Shown here: one piece after another, positions 46,241 through 57,054 of the stretch
How positions within the stretch are numbered: position 1 is the stretch's first letter
Layout of the letters: each line of letters opens with the position of its first letter
NCBI GenBank assembly: GCA_964019335.1
Contig: OZ025720.1
Location: 62,001-126,000 of the forward strand
DNA length: 64,000 nt
Reading direction: 5' to 3'
Source of the DNA: Diplonema japonicum
Taxonomy: Eukaryota > Protista > Euglenozoa: Diplonemea
Translations under genes and position numbers: made by a program
Notes under the pieces: model-generated
The model's database searches: none
Told to the model about the DNA's origin: nothing
Seen by the model: the letters and a program-made list of their open reading frames with translations, nothing else

Positions 46241-46767
46241 CCCGAGAATAAATGCATCACGAAGCCTCCAAAGGCCAAAGGGCCCCTTCTACTACGCTGG
46301 GAAAGTGTGCCTGGAAAAGAACAAAAAAAGAGAAAGAAAAAAAAAAAGAAAAAAGAAAAACATGAGCAAGAGAGGTTTCGGAGGCGCCACCCTCTCCCAC
46401 TTTCTACTAGAAGAAAGTACTTTATCGTTATTGTGCCCGCCAAGCCATTTCTCCTTTTTTTTTTCTTTTTTTTTTCTTCAGTTGGCCTCACGAAAGTAAG
46501 TTGCTACATGGGGGGAAAACTAATCTTCTTCAAAATAATGAAAGTAAAAGTAACAAAAAAAAAAAAGAAGAAAAAAAGAAAGAAAGCCCTCATTACAAAT
46601 CTTTATACCTCCCGTCCCTTTTCTTTTCTTCCACTTTCAATAGTCATGATTACAATTGGTTTCTGGTCTTCGTGAGGAGCCGCTTTCTTTTGATTTCTTT
46701 TGCTTGCTTGTATTGCTGAACAGCTTTTCGGTAAAGAAAAAGAATCCTTCTTTCTTTTTTTTTTTTT

Positions 46768-46885
46768 ATTTCACTCTTCGTCATTTTCTTCACTCACTAG
46801 GGGCCTCATTATTTAACGCGAAACGGCCATTATTTAACTAGTTAAATAATGGCCCTTCAGAGTGAAAAAATGGGTCTCGCCGTGG

Positions 46886-46916
<31 letters not shown>

Positions 46917-47345
46917 ACATTTAAGGGTACCTGCGGTATGTGACAGGACGCCTGAAAAAAACGCACCAAACCCCTTGAAAAAACTTTTTGGAGTGGGGGG
47001 TATTTTGACTATTTTTGGTAATCTGAGTCCATTCCAGCCCTTAAAGTGGGAATAAGCTTACCTCAGCTTACCTTACTTCCCCTTTAAATGGCGAAATAGC
47101 TACCCCTGTATTACCTTAGGAAAATCCCTAAAAAGCCGACCTGCGTGAAAAAAAACAGCAGTGAAAAGCAGTGAAGAGTGAGTGACTCAAATGACGAAAA
47201 GTGAAATAAAACGACTTACTTGCCGCCAAATGAGCCATTATTTAACACTTGTCACCGTTTTTTTGTGGACCCTGCGGGCCCTCGTGCAAAAAATTCGGGA
47301 ACTCCAGTTAAATAATGACTCATTATTTGTTGGCAATAAATAGCT
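46768..47345. mobile_element. Helentron-like non-autonomous element, copy B (contains a nested micro-element)
   Basis: Both ends nearly identical to copy A; longer interior. Confidence 0.72.
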
Positions 47346-47774
47346 ATTTTAAATTGCTTGGCATCTCGGGTAATAAGATAAATAGTAACAAAACATACAA
47401 TGGGGAGGGAGGAGGAAGTTCAAGAACGACTCCCCCCACCAAAAAGAAACTCCCCCTGAATGGAGGGGTTAAAATATAAGGGGGGATGCTTCATGTTTCA
47501 GAAGTATGGAACAAAATACCAGAGAAAATAGAATAAAAAAGAGGGGAAAAAATGAGGTGTATACGGCAAAAAAAAAAAAAAAAAAAAAATCCAAAAGGTG
47601 TAGCAGGGTCGATTTTACGGAAGTGTTTATTGTTTCTCTTTTTCTTCCCCCCCCCCCACACCGTGCATATAATTACTGCTTTGTTTTTACTGCAAAAAAA
47701 AAAAAAAAAAAAAAAATGAAAATTCATTCCAGGTGTTGAGGATGCCTCCCTTTTTTTTTTTTTCCCCCCTTCAT

Positions 47775-47941
47775 TCACTTTCTTTCTATAGTACCATTCC
47801 CCCGTATGGCAGGAAGATACGGTTCCGGACGCGACCGCTGAGCTGGGACTATTGTAGCCGGCGGGGCAGGGGCCATTTGATCCATGATCCAAGGGTGTAG
47901 AAGGCCTTGGTCGGGAGTAAGACGGTATTCCGGGCTCCAAC

Positions 47942-47974
<33 letters not shown>

Positions 47975-49285
47975 CCCTCATACTGAAGGCAAGACTTGAT
48001 GAAATCAGTAAACAAAGGGTCGGTCGACCGCAGGGCGTCCTTCAATTTTCTGTCGCCCGGTTTCCGCTTCTTCCCCCGCGAGTTAGGAATAATCCTTGGA
48101 GCCCCGGATGTATCAAAAAACTGCTTCCTCCTAGGACTCTTTTGCACGATCTTTGCAGGCGGCGCTCCTAAAACCTCCATAATGCACGCCAACTGCTCTG
48201 TCTCATTCTCACCCGGGAACAAGGGATGCCCTGTAGCTAGCTCCGCCACCGTACAGCCAATAGACCACATATCAATAGGCCTCCCATAGGGAAGGCCTAA
48301 GATAACCTCAGGCGCACGGTAAAAGCGGCTTTGCATATAAGTGTAAAGACGCTCATGTTCAAAACACGAGCTTCCGAAATCAATTACCTTAATAGTTGCC
48401 CTGTTGTGCTGCTTGAGGAGAATGTTCTCGGGTTTCAAATCGCAGTGGATGATCTGTAAAAAAAAAAAAGAAAAAAATGTGAAGGGGGGGGTAGAAAAAC
48501 ACAACAAACCTTTTCCCTCGACAAATACGAGAAGGCTTTCAACAATTGTGTCGTGAACCGTCGTACGAGGTTCGGGTTGAGCGCCTGGAATTTGTTCGCT
48601 TTAATGAACTCATAGATGTTAATGGAGTGTAAATCGAACACCATGCAGATGTGGTTGCGGAAAAGGAAGTACTCGTGCATCTGTTTTTTTTTTTTTTTTT
48701 TTTTTTTTTTTTGTATTGAAAAACGAAAATTACCTGCACGATGTTGTTGACCTGCTCCTTGTCGCGGGCCTTCAGGTGTTGGAGTAGTTTTATCTCGACC
48801 ATTGCTTGCTTGTGAAATTTTCGTTTGTTTCGAATAATCTTGACGGCCACGAGGTTACCGGTCCGGTGGTCGATGCATTTCAGCACCTGCCCGAAGGAAC
48901 CTTTACCCAACAAACTGAGGACTTCAAATCGAAAGAAAAGATGATCCTTCGGAATAACCTTGTAATCTCCCCTGTCGTCATCGTACCCATGGTTCACTCC
49001 CTGCCGTACAGGGGCAGGGATTTTATTGGGTGTTCCGAAGTAGTAGAGAAGATTGTGCTCTAGGACTTCGCTTTTTTCGTAGTTCGAGAGCAGTGCGTCA
49101 TGTACTATGAGTGCCTTAGCTGGGGCCATAGGGTCTTTTCCCTTCTTCTCGCATGTGGCTGGTTTTTCCTTCTCTTTTTCCTTTTCGTTCTCCTTCTCAT
49201 TCGCCTCCAGTTTGCATTTTCTCGGGTTTTGCCCCCCGTCCCTCAACGGCGGAGCCGTCGGCTGGTGCGGGACAACTAACGGCAT
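47775..49285 (-). CDS. DYRK-family (class 2-like) kinase; introns 48681-48733, 48454-48509, 47941-47983
   Basis: DH box [47 protein letters not shown]. Confidence 0.93.
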
Positions 49286-49536
49286 GCTCCCTATTCCGAC
49301 ACACTAACAAGGGGAAATATTTTTTTTATAATAAAAGAACGAAAAAAAAAGGGGGGTGGAACGGGGAAAGGGCCGCTTTGGCCCTCCCCCACTCGTTCTC
49401 CTCCCCTTTTTTTTTTCCTTTTCTTTTCCCCCCCGTGTCTCCTAACAAAAGATTTAAAAGTGGTATGTGAAAACAATAATAAAAAAAAATCAAAGAAAAA
49501 AAAACCCCCCCCCAAAAAAGCTCTATATTAACCGTT

Positions 49537-50856
49537 TCAAAGAGGCGGTGGGGTCAAGGGCAACAAAGGGTGCCGGGGTGTGTGTATTCTGGTGTTGTTG
49601 AGCCGCCTCCATTCGGGGAGGCCCCTCGCGGAGGTCAGATCCTCCAGCTCATGAACCCAGAACCCTGCAGCGACGATGAGGTACGCCCCCATCAAAAGCA
49701 AGCCCATCAACCAGTTCGACGTCCCCGACTGCAATATCAACGTGATTATAACAATCGACATGAGCAGCGCTGCGGTTTCGAACCCGTTAAAAAACATGGA
49801 AAGGGGACGGTCAATAAACCAACCGGTTAGGACACAGAAAGGAAGCAAGCACAGGGCTATCTGCGTGCTGGAACCAACGGCAATACCCATAGTGAGGTCA
49901 AGCCTGTTCTTGTAAGCGAACATCACGGCGGCCGCGTGCTCGGCAGCATTACCAAAAACAGGAATCAGCACAGCACTGACAAAAACAGAATTAACCTTGT
50001 ACTGCGTGGTGAACCCCTCCAAACACGACACCAAGACGTCGCTGACATACCCAACTGCGACGGTGATGACGGTTAACCACATAATTGCATCTCCTTTGCT
50101 TAAAACTGTATTTGTCTGCGGCAGTGGTGAGTGCGCTGCCGGGCTGTCAACTACGAACTCCTCCGGGTGTGTTCTGAGCTGGAACGTTAAAAACCCGATG
50201 TACATTGACAGAAATACCCCGGCGATAAGCCTGGAAAAATTTATCTCATCACCAGAATCGTCTTCTTGTCCTGACATCTTCAAAGCGGCGGGTAGCACGA
50301 ACCCCATTGCTGCGGTCAGCAGCATTGTGGACGGAACAGCACCTGAAATTACTTTGAACGACTGGACCTTCCATCGTAAGCCTCCTACAAAGCTTGCAAT
50401 TCCAAGGACTAAGAGTAGGTTTGACAGAACGGATCCTATAAGGGAGAGCTGGACTACTCTATAGAGACGTTTGTGTAGGGCGAACAGGGAGACTAGGAGC
50501 TCTGTGGCGTTGCCAAATGTTGCGTTGAGCAGCCCGCCAACCGCGTCGCCAGTGTGTTCGCATAGCTGCTCTGTCACGTAGCCTATTCTCTCAGCGCAGG
50601 GAACGGTGGCCATCATTGCAAATAGGAAGAGGGTGCCTTCCTTTACACCCGCTTGTTGACCCCATATTATCAGAGGTATGCCTATCAAGCCTAAGTTCAT
50701 CCAGGATCCGAACAGTACCGCAGATATCCTCCCCGAACCCTCCCCGTGCGGCCACATCGAGTGGCCCATCAGCGCGCGTGATATCTCGATTTCCATGGTG
50801 GTGGTCTTCTGCGGCTCGTTTTGAGGGGAAGCTCTTATGCTGGGAGGTCGTGGCAT
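49537..50856 (-). CDS. Ca2+/H+ exchanger (CAX)
   Basis: GLLNATFGNATE and GNAAEH alpha-repeat motifs; GSSTQIAL. Confidence 0.93.
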   Translation of the reverse strand: MPRPPSIRASPQNEPQKTTTMEIEISRALMGHSMWPHGEGSGRISAVLFGSWMNLGLIGIPLIIWGQQAGVKEGTLFLFAMMATVPCAERIGYVTEQLCEHTGDAVGGLLNATFGNATELLVSLFALHKRLYRVVQLSLIGSVLSNLLLVLGIASFVGGLRWKVQSFKVISGAVPSTMLLTAAMGFVLPAALKMSGQEDDSGDEINFSRLIAGVFLSMYIGFLTFQLRTHPEEFVVDSPAAHSPLPQTNTVLSKGDAIMWLTVITVAVGYVSDVLVSCLEGFTTQYKVNSVFVSAVLIPVFGNAAEHAAAVMFAYKNRLDLTMGIAVGSSTQIALCLLPFCVLTGWFIDRPLSMFFNGFETAALLMSIVIITLILQSGTSNWLMGLLLMGAYLIVAAGFWVHELEDLTSARGLPEWRRLNNTRIHTPRHPLLPLTPPPL

Positions 50857-51642
50857 TTTTTTTTTTTTTTTTTTTTTTTTTTGCGGTATTTTTTTTTTTC
50901 TTCTCCCCCTCAATCTTTTTTTTTTTTTTTTTAGCTGAGGTGAAAAAGAAAAAAAAAAACAAAATGAAGGATGAAAAAAAAAACGAGACGCATGGAACGG
51001 GGGGGAGGGGGGGGGAGAAGGGGCGGAGAAAAAAAAGAACAGGTTGGTTTTTTTTTTTTTTTTTTTTTTTGGAGGGTTGGGAATTTTTCCTTTTTTTTGG
51101 GTGGGGGGGAAATTGGTAGGGGGAAGAAAAAAAAAAAAACAGAAAGAAAAGGGGCACATAAACTTTTTTTTTTTTATCAGGGGATAAAAAAAAAAGGAGC
51201 AAAAAAAAAAAAAATCCAATTTGCATTGTTTTTTTTTTTTTCTTTCTTTCTTCTTCTTCTTCTTTAGTTGCTAAGCTTCATCTCTAAAAGCTGGTCAAAA
51301 AAAAAAAGGCAGAAAAGTAGAACGCTTCAGGAGAAACTGCTAATTGTCTGTTCCTCCCAGCGATAGTTCTTGGAGATATTGAATGTTGCTTTTTTTTTTT
51401 TTTTTTTCTTTTCTTCCCCCTCCCCCTAGTCTAAGCTCAAAGGAAAAAAAAAGGGGGGGAAAACAAAACAGCATGCCAAAAAGAAGAGGAAAAAAAAAAA
51501 GACGGAATTCGGCCACGTCGTTGCAAAGGAGTGGGTGACAAACTAATCCTCCCCACCCCCCCCCTTTTTTTATAGATGCAACACTTTTTTTCCCCCCCGC
51601 TTTTTTTTTTCTTTTTTTTTTTTTTTCTTCCTGTGTATGTGC

Positions 51643-53463
51643 TTATTTGTACCTGATGATCATATCACACAACCCACGAATTTTTTTTCTTTTCTCGCTG
51701 TCAGTCTCGGCAGCTTTAAGGGTTTTGGCAGCTTGCTGTGGGGGGGGGGGGGGGGATTTCTTTTTTTTCCAAAAAAAAAAAAAAAAACATGACATACTTC
51801 TAACAATACTAGCCGCTTCTTCTCTTCAATATTTTTGAAAAATCGGTCTCGCTTGCTCTGGAAGAACTCCGTGTCCAATAATTCAGCAGCGATCCACACA
51901 TACATCTATAGAGTGGATGAGGGAAAAAAAAAAAAAAAAAAAAAAAAAACACACACACCTCTACACCATCATCGCCCATTTTTTGCCCATGAATCTCAAA
52001 GTGCTGCAGCACCAATGTAAAAATATTATGATCCAAGAACAGCCCGAGCACCTTTTCATCGTCCAACCTGTCTATCTGAGCCAGCATGTGGTAGATATAG
52101 TAGATAACCACTGTCTCTTGCGCCTGTCCGTCGAAGTGTGCGTTCGAGTTGGCTGCGTTGAGCACTCTCTCCATGTACTCGATCATGGTGGGCATGTCCA
52201 GCGTTTGCAGGGCCTCAACGGCAGTGAAGAGGCATTTCAGTAGCTCGCCCAGGGACGCTTCGAAGAGCTTGGCCACACCACTTTCGGGGTCAGCTGACGT
52301 CATTGCCTGTTTTTTTTTTTTTTAATTTCACTCTTCAGAAATTACTTCACGCACTGGGGGGGCCCATTACTTCACGCTAAATCTCATTACTTTCACGGTG
52401 AAATAATGGCCTGTTTTCCGTGAAGTAATAGGGGGTTTCCGTTAAATAATATGCCTCGGTAGGCCAATTTTGCCTCGGTTCGGTTCCCAGTGGGGCTACT
52501 TTTTCTTCTCAGTTTGCTAATTTCCCCCCAGGTTCAGCTCAATTGGCCAACTTTTGCCTCGGCTCAGTTCCAAGTTGGACTACTTTTTCCTCCCAATTTG
52601 CCCACTTTTGGCTAGGCCTTGTTCCCAGTTTCTGGGGGTAACTCTTCTGTGGGTAAGGGTACCTTAGTCAGCTTACCCAAGCTCCCCAGACTTCAAAATA
52701 CCGAAGCAGCAGAAAAAAAGGAGCCAGCGGCCGCGCCAGGTATGGGAAGGCCTGATTAGAGATGGTGACAGTGGCAATGCCAGCGACAGCGGCAGCTCTT
52801 CGTCAACAAAAGGAGGGAAAACAACTTGTATTGTAACCTTTGTAACCCCTCTCTTGTTGTACCCCTTGTCACCCTGTTGTGCCCCTCGTGGTGAAGTAAT
52901 TTCAGAGTGTCGTGAAATAAAACCACTTACCTACCGCCAAGTAATGCTTTACCGACCTCGAGGTAACGGTAAAGTCATTACTTGTTGGCAGTAAATAGCT
53001 ATTGGAGGGGGGGGGGGGGGGGGGGAAATGTAATCTTTCTTGGAACGCGTACCTTCTCATACATAAAGCTCTTGCACTCTACCATCAATCGCATTAACAG
53101 ATTTGTCTTCGTCTCTTCTATGAGGTACCTCACACACAGTTCGTCACGTTCCCATACTGGGGATTTTTTTTTTTTTTTTTTTTCTTTGTGTTTCATACCC
53201 GACCCATCCCTTTTCACCACATCTTTCGCCTCCATTGCAGCCACCTGGCTCAGGTGAGAGAGCACCTCTGCCAGAGCTCTCCAGTCTGGCGACATTGGGG
53301 GGTAGTGGTTTATCCGCCTTACTCTGTTTCGTAGATCCTAGAATGGGTTCCGGAAAAAAAAAAAGAAAAAAAAAACCTGAGCCAGCCTCTTGTTCATCAC
53401 CTCCAATGTGTCTGCACACGCATCCTGCGTGTGGTACGCCCCGCACTTGTCCGTGCCCGACAT
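51643..53463 (-). CDS. Multi-exon hypothetical protein; introns 53338-53376, 53157-53198, 52307-53052 and two more
   Basis: Exons splice in frame: MSGTDKCGAYHTQDAC...PDWRALAE...VWERDELCVRYLIEE...AMTSADPE; 3' end approximate. Confidence 0.65.
52325..53000. mobile_element. Helentron-like element, diverged copy C, inside an intron
   Basis: ATTTCACTCTTC start; GTGAAATAAAA subterminal repeat; hairpin; end TTGTTGGCAGTAAATAGCT; internal ~62-bp direct repeat. Confidence 0.62.
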
Positions 53464-53567
53464 CACCCCCCCTTTTGGCCCTCCTTTCTTGTGTACTTTT
53501 TTTTTTTTTTTAAAGTTTTGAAAAAAGTTTAAAAAAAAAATGAAATCCCGGCAAAAAAAAAACTTCC

Positions 53568-53924
53568 TTAGATGTTGCTAGGGTACAAGTACACTCTGAT
53601 CTTCTTCCCGATGGCCTGCGCGGGGAGGTTGGGGTGGAACTTGGCCCTCACGGCACCGCTGTTGCCGTGGGCACGGGTCACGCGGCCCCACATCACACGG
53701 GCGCGGGACTTCAACTTAGGGTTCTGCGCAGAGCGGATCTGGCTGGAGGCCTTCTTGCCCTTGAAGACGTAGGCGACACGCTTACCGAAGTAGAACTCGG
53801 AGTCTCCCTTAGTCCTCACGTTCTTCACCTTCAGGAGGGCAGTGTGCTGCTCCTGGCGACGCTGACCCCTCCTGAACCCGGTCATCACGGCGGGCTGGAA
53901 CAACCTGATGTTACCCTTAGTCAT
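53568..53924 (-). CDS. RPL35A: 60S ribosomal protein L35a (eL33)
   Basis: GFRRG..RQ..HTALLK, FYFGKRVAYV, WGRVTRAHGNSGAVRAKF..NLP..AIG..IRVYLYPSNI. Confidence 0.97.
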   Translation of the reverse strand: MTKGNIRLFQPAVMTGFRRGQRRQEQHTALLKVKNVRTKGDSEFYFGKRVAYVFKGKKASSQIRSAQNPKLKSRARVMWGRVTRAHGNSGAVRAKFHPNLPAQAIGKKIRVYLYPSNI

Positions 53925-55164
53925 TTTTTTTTTTTTCCTTTTTTTTTTTTTTCTCCTTTCAGATGAACCTTTTTTTGTTTTGCTTTTTGAATTTTCTTTT
54001 TTTGTCGAATTAAGAAAAAAAAAAAAAAGAGGGGGAAAAAAAAATGAAAGAAAGAAAAAGAAAAATAAATAAATCCGCACATATCTCGGTGCACCTCCGG
54101 TACTGTAGGCGAGGAGAGCCAAAGTAGCCCAACTCTTTAAAAAAAGATTTCTCTTTGGGGAGGACGAGAACGGTGGAAATATTTTTTTCTTCCAAAAAAA
54201 AAAAAAAAAAAAAAGAAAAGGAAAGGGAGCAGGAAAAAGTATTAAAAAAAAAAAAAAAGAAAGATTCCCTCCCCAAAATAGGGTATGGGAGACTGCGCCC
54301 AGACGGCACAGCAGTACGGTAGCAAGGGGTACAAAAAGAGCAGGGGAAAAAAAAAAAAAGAAATAGAAAAAGAAAAAGAAAAAAGGAGAAAAAAAAAGGG
54401 AGGGGGAAAGGGGGGTGGAAGCACAATAGAAAGGGGAAAGACAAAGAAACACCGAAAGTGGAAAGTATAAAAAAAAAGAAAGAAAGAAAGATAAATAAAG
54501 ACACACAACTAAGGAATTTATCCGTTCTTTTTTTTTTTTTCCTTTCTTCCCTTCTTCATTTTTCTTCCTCTCAGGACTTTCCTCCCCTTTTTATTTCAGA
54601 ACAAGACCACCTTTCCCGCACCCCTCCCTTTTTCCTCCCCTTTCTTCTTTTGATCAGACGAAAAAAAAGAGGGGGGGGTACAGGGTTTCTTCTTTTTTTA
54701 ATGTTCAATGTTTATTAGATGGGGGGGGTAAAAAAAATAATAGTTATATAGCAAAAAAAAAAAAAAAGGGTGGAAAAGAGGGGCGGGGGGAACTAAGTGG
54801 TGTTCAAACCAAAGAATGAAATCATTAAAGTACCCAAAAAAATGTCTCAGCGACACCGAGAAGTACCGTTCCCCCCCTTTTTTTTTTCCTTCTTTTTTTG
54901 AAAAGCCGGGGTTTCATTCCTTCCCCTCCCCTCTCCCCCCCACCTTTTAGTTTCCCGTAGTTCAACCCAATATTTTTTTTTTTTTCCCTTCTTTTTTTTT
55001 TTTTTCTTTCTTATCCTGACGGGGGTTTATGGTAATTCTTTTCACCCCCCCATACACACCCTAGGTATTAAAAAAAAGAAAATCAACGTTGGATTTGAAA
55101 AAAAAAAAAAAAAAAAAAGAAAGAAAAAAAAAAATATATATATATACTCAGTAAAGCAGTGGCA

Positions 55165-57054
55165 TCATACCTCGACCGATGAAGCGAGGGATAAGAGAGT
55201 GGGCATTGATCCCATGGAAGAAATGCGGGTTCCGGTACCTAACTGGGATGCGATGCAAGCCACCGTTTCAGCTTTTCTTTTCCGTTGAAGTTCTGCGGCT
55301 TCCTTGAACCGCTCGGCTAAAATCGGCAACGCAACAGTACGCCGGGAGTGCAGGTATTTCCGTGTTTCCGGTGTGGATAAGTTCGCCCTGGGATCGGCGG
55401 CCGTGCAAAACAGGTGTATGCTGACCAACGTGGTGTTTTCGTGAAGCGCACTAATAATATCAGAAACCGCAAAAAGATCCAATTTATTGTTGGTAAGAGA
55501 CAATCTGACAAGATTCTTATTGCGGAGTATAACCTCCGCCCACACCGCAGCGCCTTGGCTCGACGACACATTTTTTGAAAAATCCACGTGGGTGACCGAT
55601 CGGTTCCGGTCCCTAAGCGAGGCTGCTATACATATAGATCCTCTTTGCGTGATTCCGCATTCGTGAATATCTAATGACCCCAACGAGGTGTTGACATCCA
55701 AGGTCTCTGCAATATGCCGTGCAAACCCGTCGCCCAGGTCGTTCCCGCTAATGTCCAACCCGTGTATTGTTGTGTCCTTGCGTAGAGCATTCGACAGGCA
55801 GATTCCACCTTTTTCCGTGACGCCGACGCATTGCAAGCCAAGTGTTTTGAGGTTGAGGTTGTTCAGTTGGGCAGCAATGGCGGTCACACCCTCGTCGCAG
55901 ATTGTGTTCCCGTTTAGATTTAACGCTGTTAGAGATGGGCTTACATTTCGGATCAGACATGCTATGCCTATTGAAGTTAGCTTGCAGTCTTTCAGTTCCA
56001 GGCTTGTTAATGTCCCAGCCCAACATAATTTGTCAGATAGATACTCTGCGCCGCTATCCCCGAAGGCGTTCCCACGGAGATGGACTTCGGACAGGTTGCA
56101 AAGATTTCTTTCCAGTGAACGGAACAGAGCGTCGGGAACCATCGTCTCAAAACCGCATTTGCAGCATTGAAACGCATGTGGTTGTTCGTCTTGCTTGTGG
56201 ATCGACCCTATGGGTTCGGAACAGTCCCCGCAGTATATCGTTTTTTTCGACGCCAACAAATCGGAAAAATAACAGCATGAGAGGGCGTCGAGGGAGTTGT
56301 TCCGGCATGATAGAATCTTGACGGTCGGTGCCGCAGCTAGAGCTTCCGTCAGAACCCTCGCACCTTTCGGCGGCATACCAACGTCGTTGAGGTAAATCTC
56401 GGAAAGACTGCAAACGGTGTTTCGAATTGCCTTTGCGATGGTGGAAACGCCTTCGAAGCCTAAAGGATTGCCGCTTAGCTTTACCGACCGCAACCTTTGA
56501 AACAACACACAAAGCGTTTCGTACGGAAGAGAAACAGGCGACATTTCATTATTGTACATCTCGAGAACAGTTATATTTTCAGATCTCGTTAATGACGTCA
56601 AAAGCAAAGCTGCAGTGGAACCTTTGAGGTTGCATTGGTTTGCCCGAAGTTCGGAAACGTTGCCGTGTGTTGTTAACGCTTCAGAGAGTGCGTGGACTTG
56701 GGATTTGCACAGACGGATATGTGCAGTGTTGAAGATTAATCCGTTTAGGTGGATATGGGACAGCATGTGGGAGAGGTGTTTTTCGCTTCTTCTGGTGCAG
56801 TCTGCGTCCCTGCATACATGGGTGAAGGGGTGTTCTTTTAGCTTTGCTTCGGCTTGGTCTTCTTCCACGCCCAGCCAGCATCCTGTTTTTACGCAGACGG
56901 CCTGTTCTTCTGGTGAGGTGAGCCTCGACGTGATTGCTTTCAGAACTGTCACGCCTTGCTGCTGGCACGATTTTGCGTAGGCTTCATTCGCCCGCTTGTA
57001 TCGCGATCTTTCTTCTTCTATTTTACGGAGTTCTAACCGGGGGGCGTTCGGCAT
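55165..57054 (-). CDS. Ribonuclease-inhibitor-type leucine-rich repeat protein
   Basis: Repeated LxLxxNxLGDxG motifs; Cys-rich insertions. Confidence 0.85.
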   Translation of the reverse strand: MPNAPRLELRKIEEERSRYKRANEAYAKSCQQQGVTVLKAITSRLTSPEEQAVCVKTGCWLGVEEDQAEAKLKEHPFTHVCRDADCTRRSEKHLSHMLSHIHLNGLIFNTAHIRLCKSQVHALSEALTTHGNVSELRANQCNLKGSTAALLLTSLTRSENITVLEMYNNEMSPVSLPYETLCVLFQRLRSVKLSGNPLGFEGVSTIAKAIRNTVCSLSEIYLNDVGMPPKGARVLTEALAAAPTVKILSCRNNSLDALSCCYFSDLLASKKTIYCGDCSEPIGSIHKQDEQPHAFQCCKCGFETMVPDALFRSLERNLCNLSEVHLRGNAFGDSGAEYLSDKLCWAGTLTSLELKDCKLTSIGIACLIRNVSPSLTALNLNGNTICDEGVTAIAAQLNNLNLKTLGLQCVGVTEKGGICLSNALRKDTTIHGLDISGNDLGDGFARHIAETLDVNTSLGSLDIHECGITQRGSICIAASLRDRNRSVTHVDFSKNVSSSQGAAVWAEVILRNKNLVRLSLTNNKLDLFAVSDIISALHENTTLVSIHLFCTAADPRANLSTPETRKYLHSRRTVALPILAERFKEAAELQRKRKAETVACIASQLGTGTRISSMGSMPTLLSLASSVEV

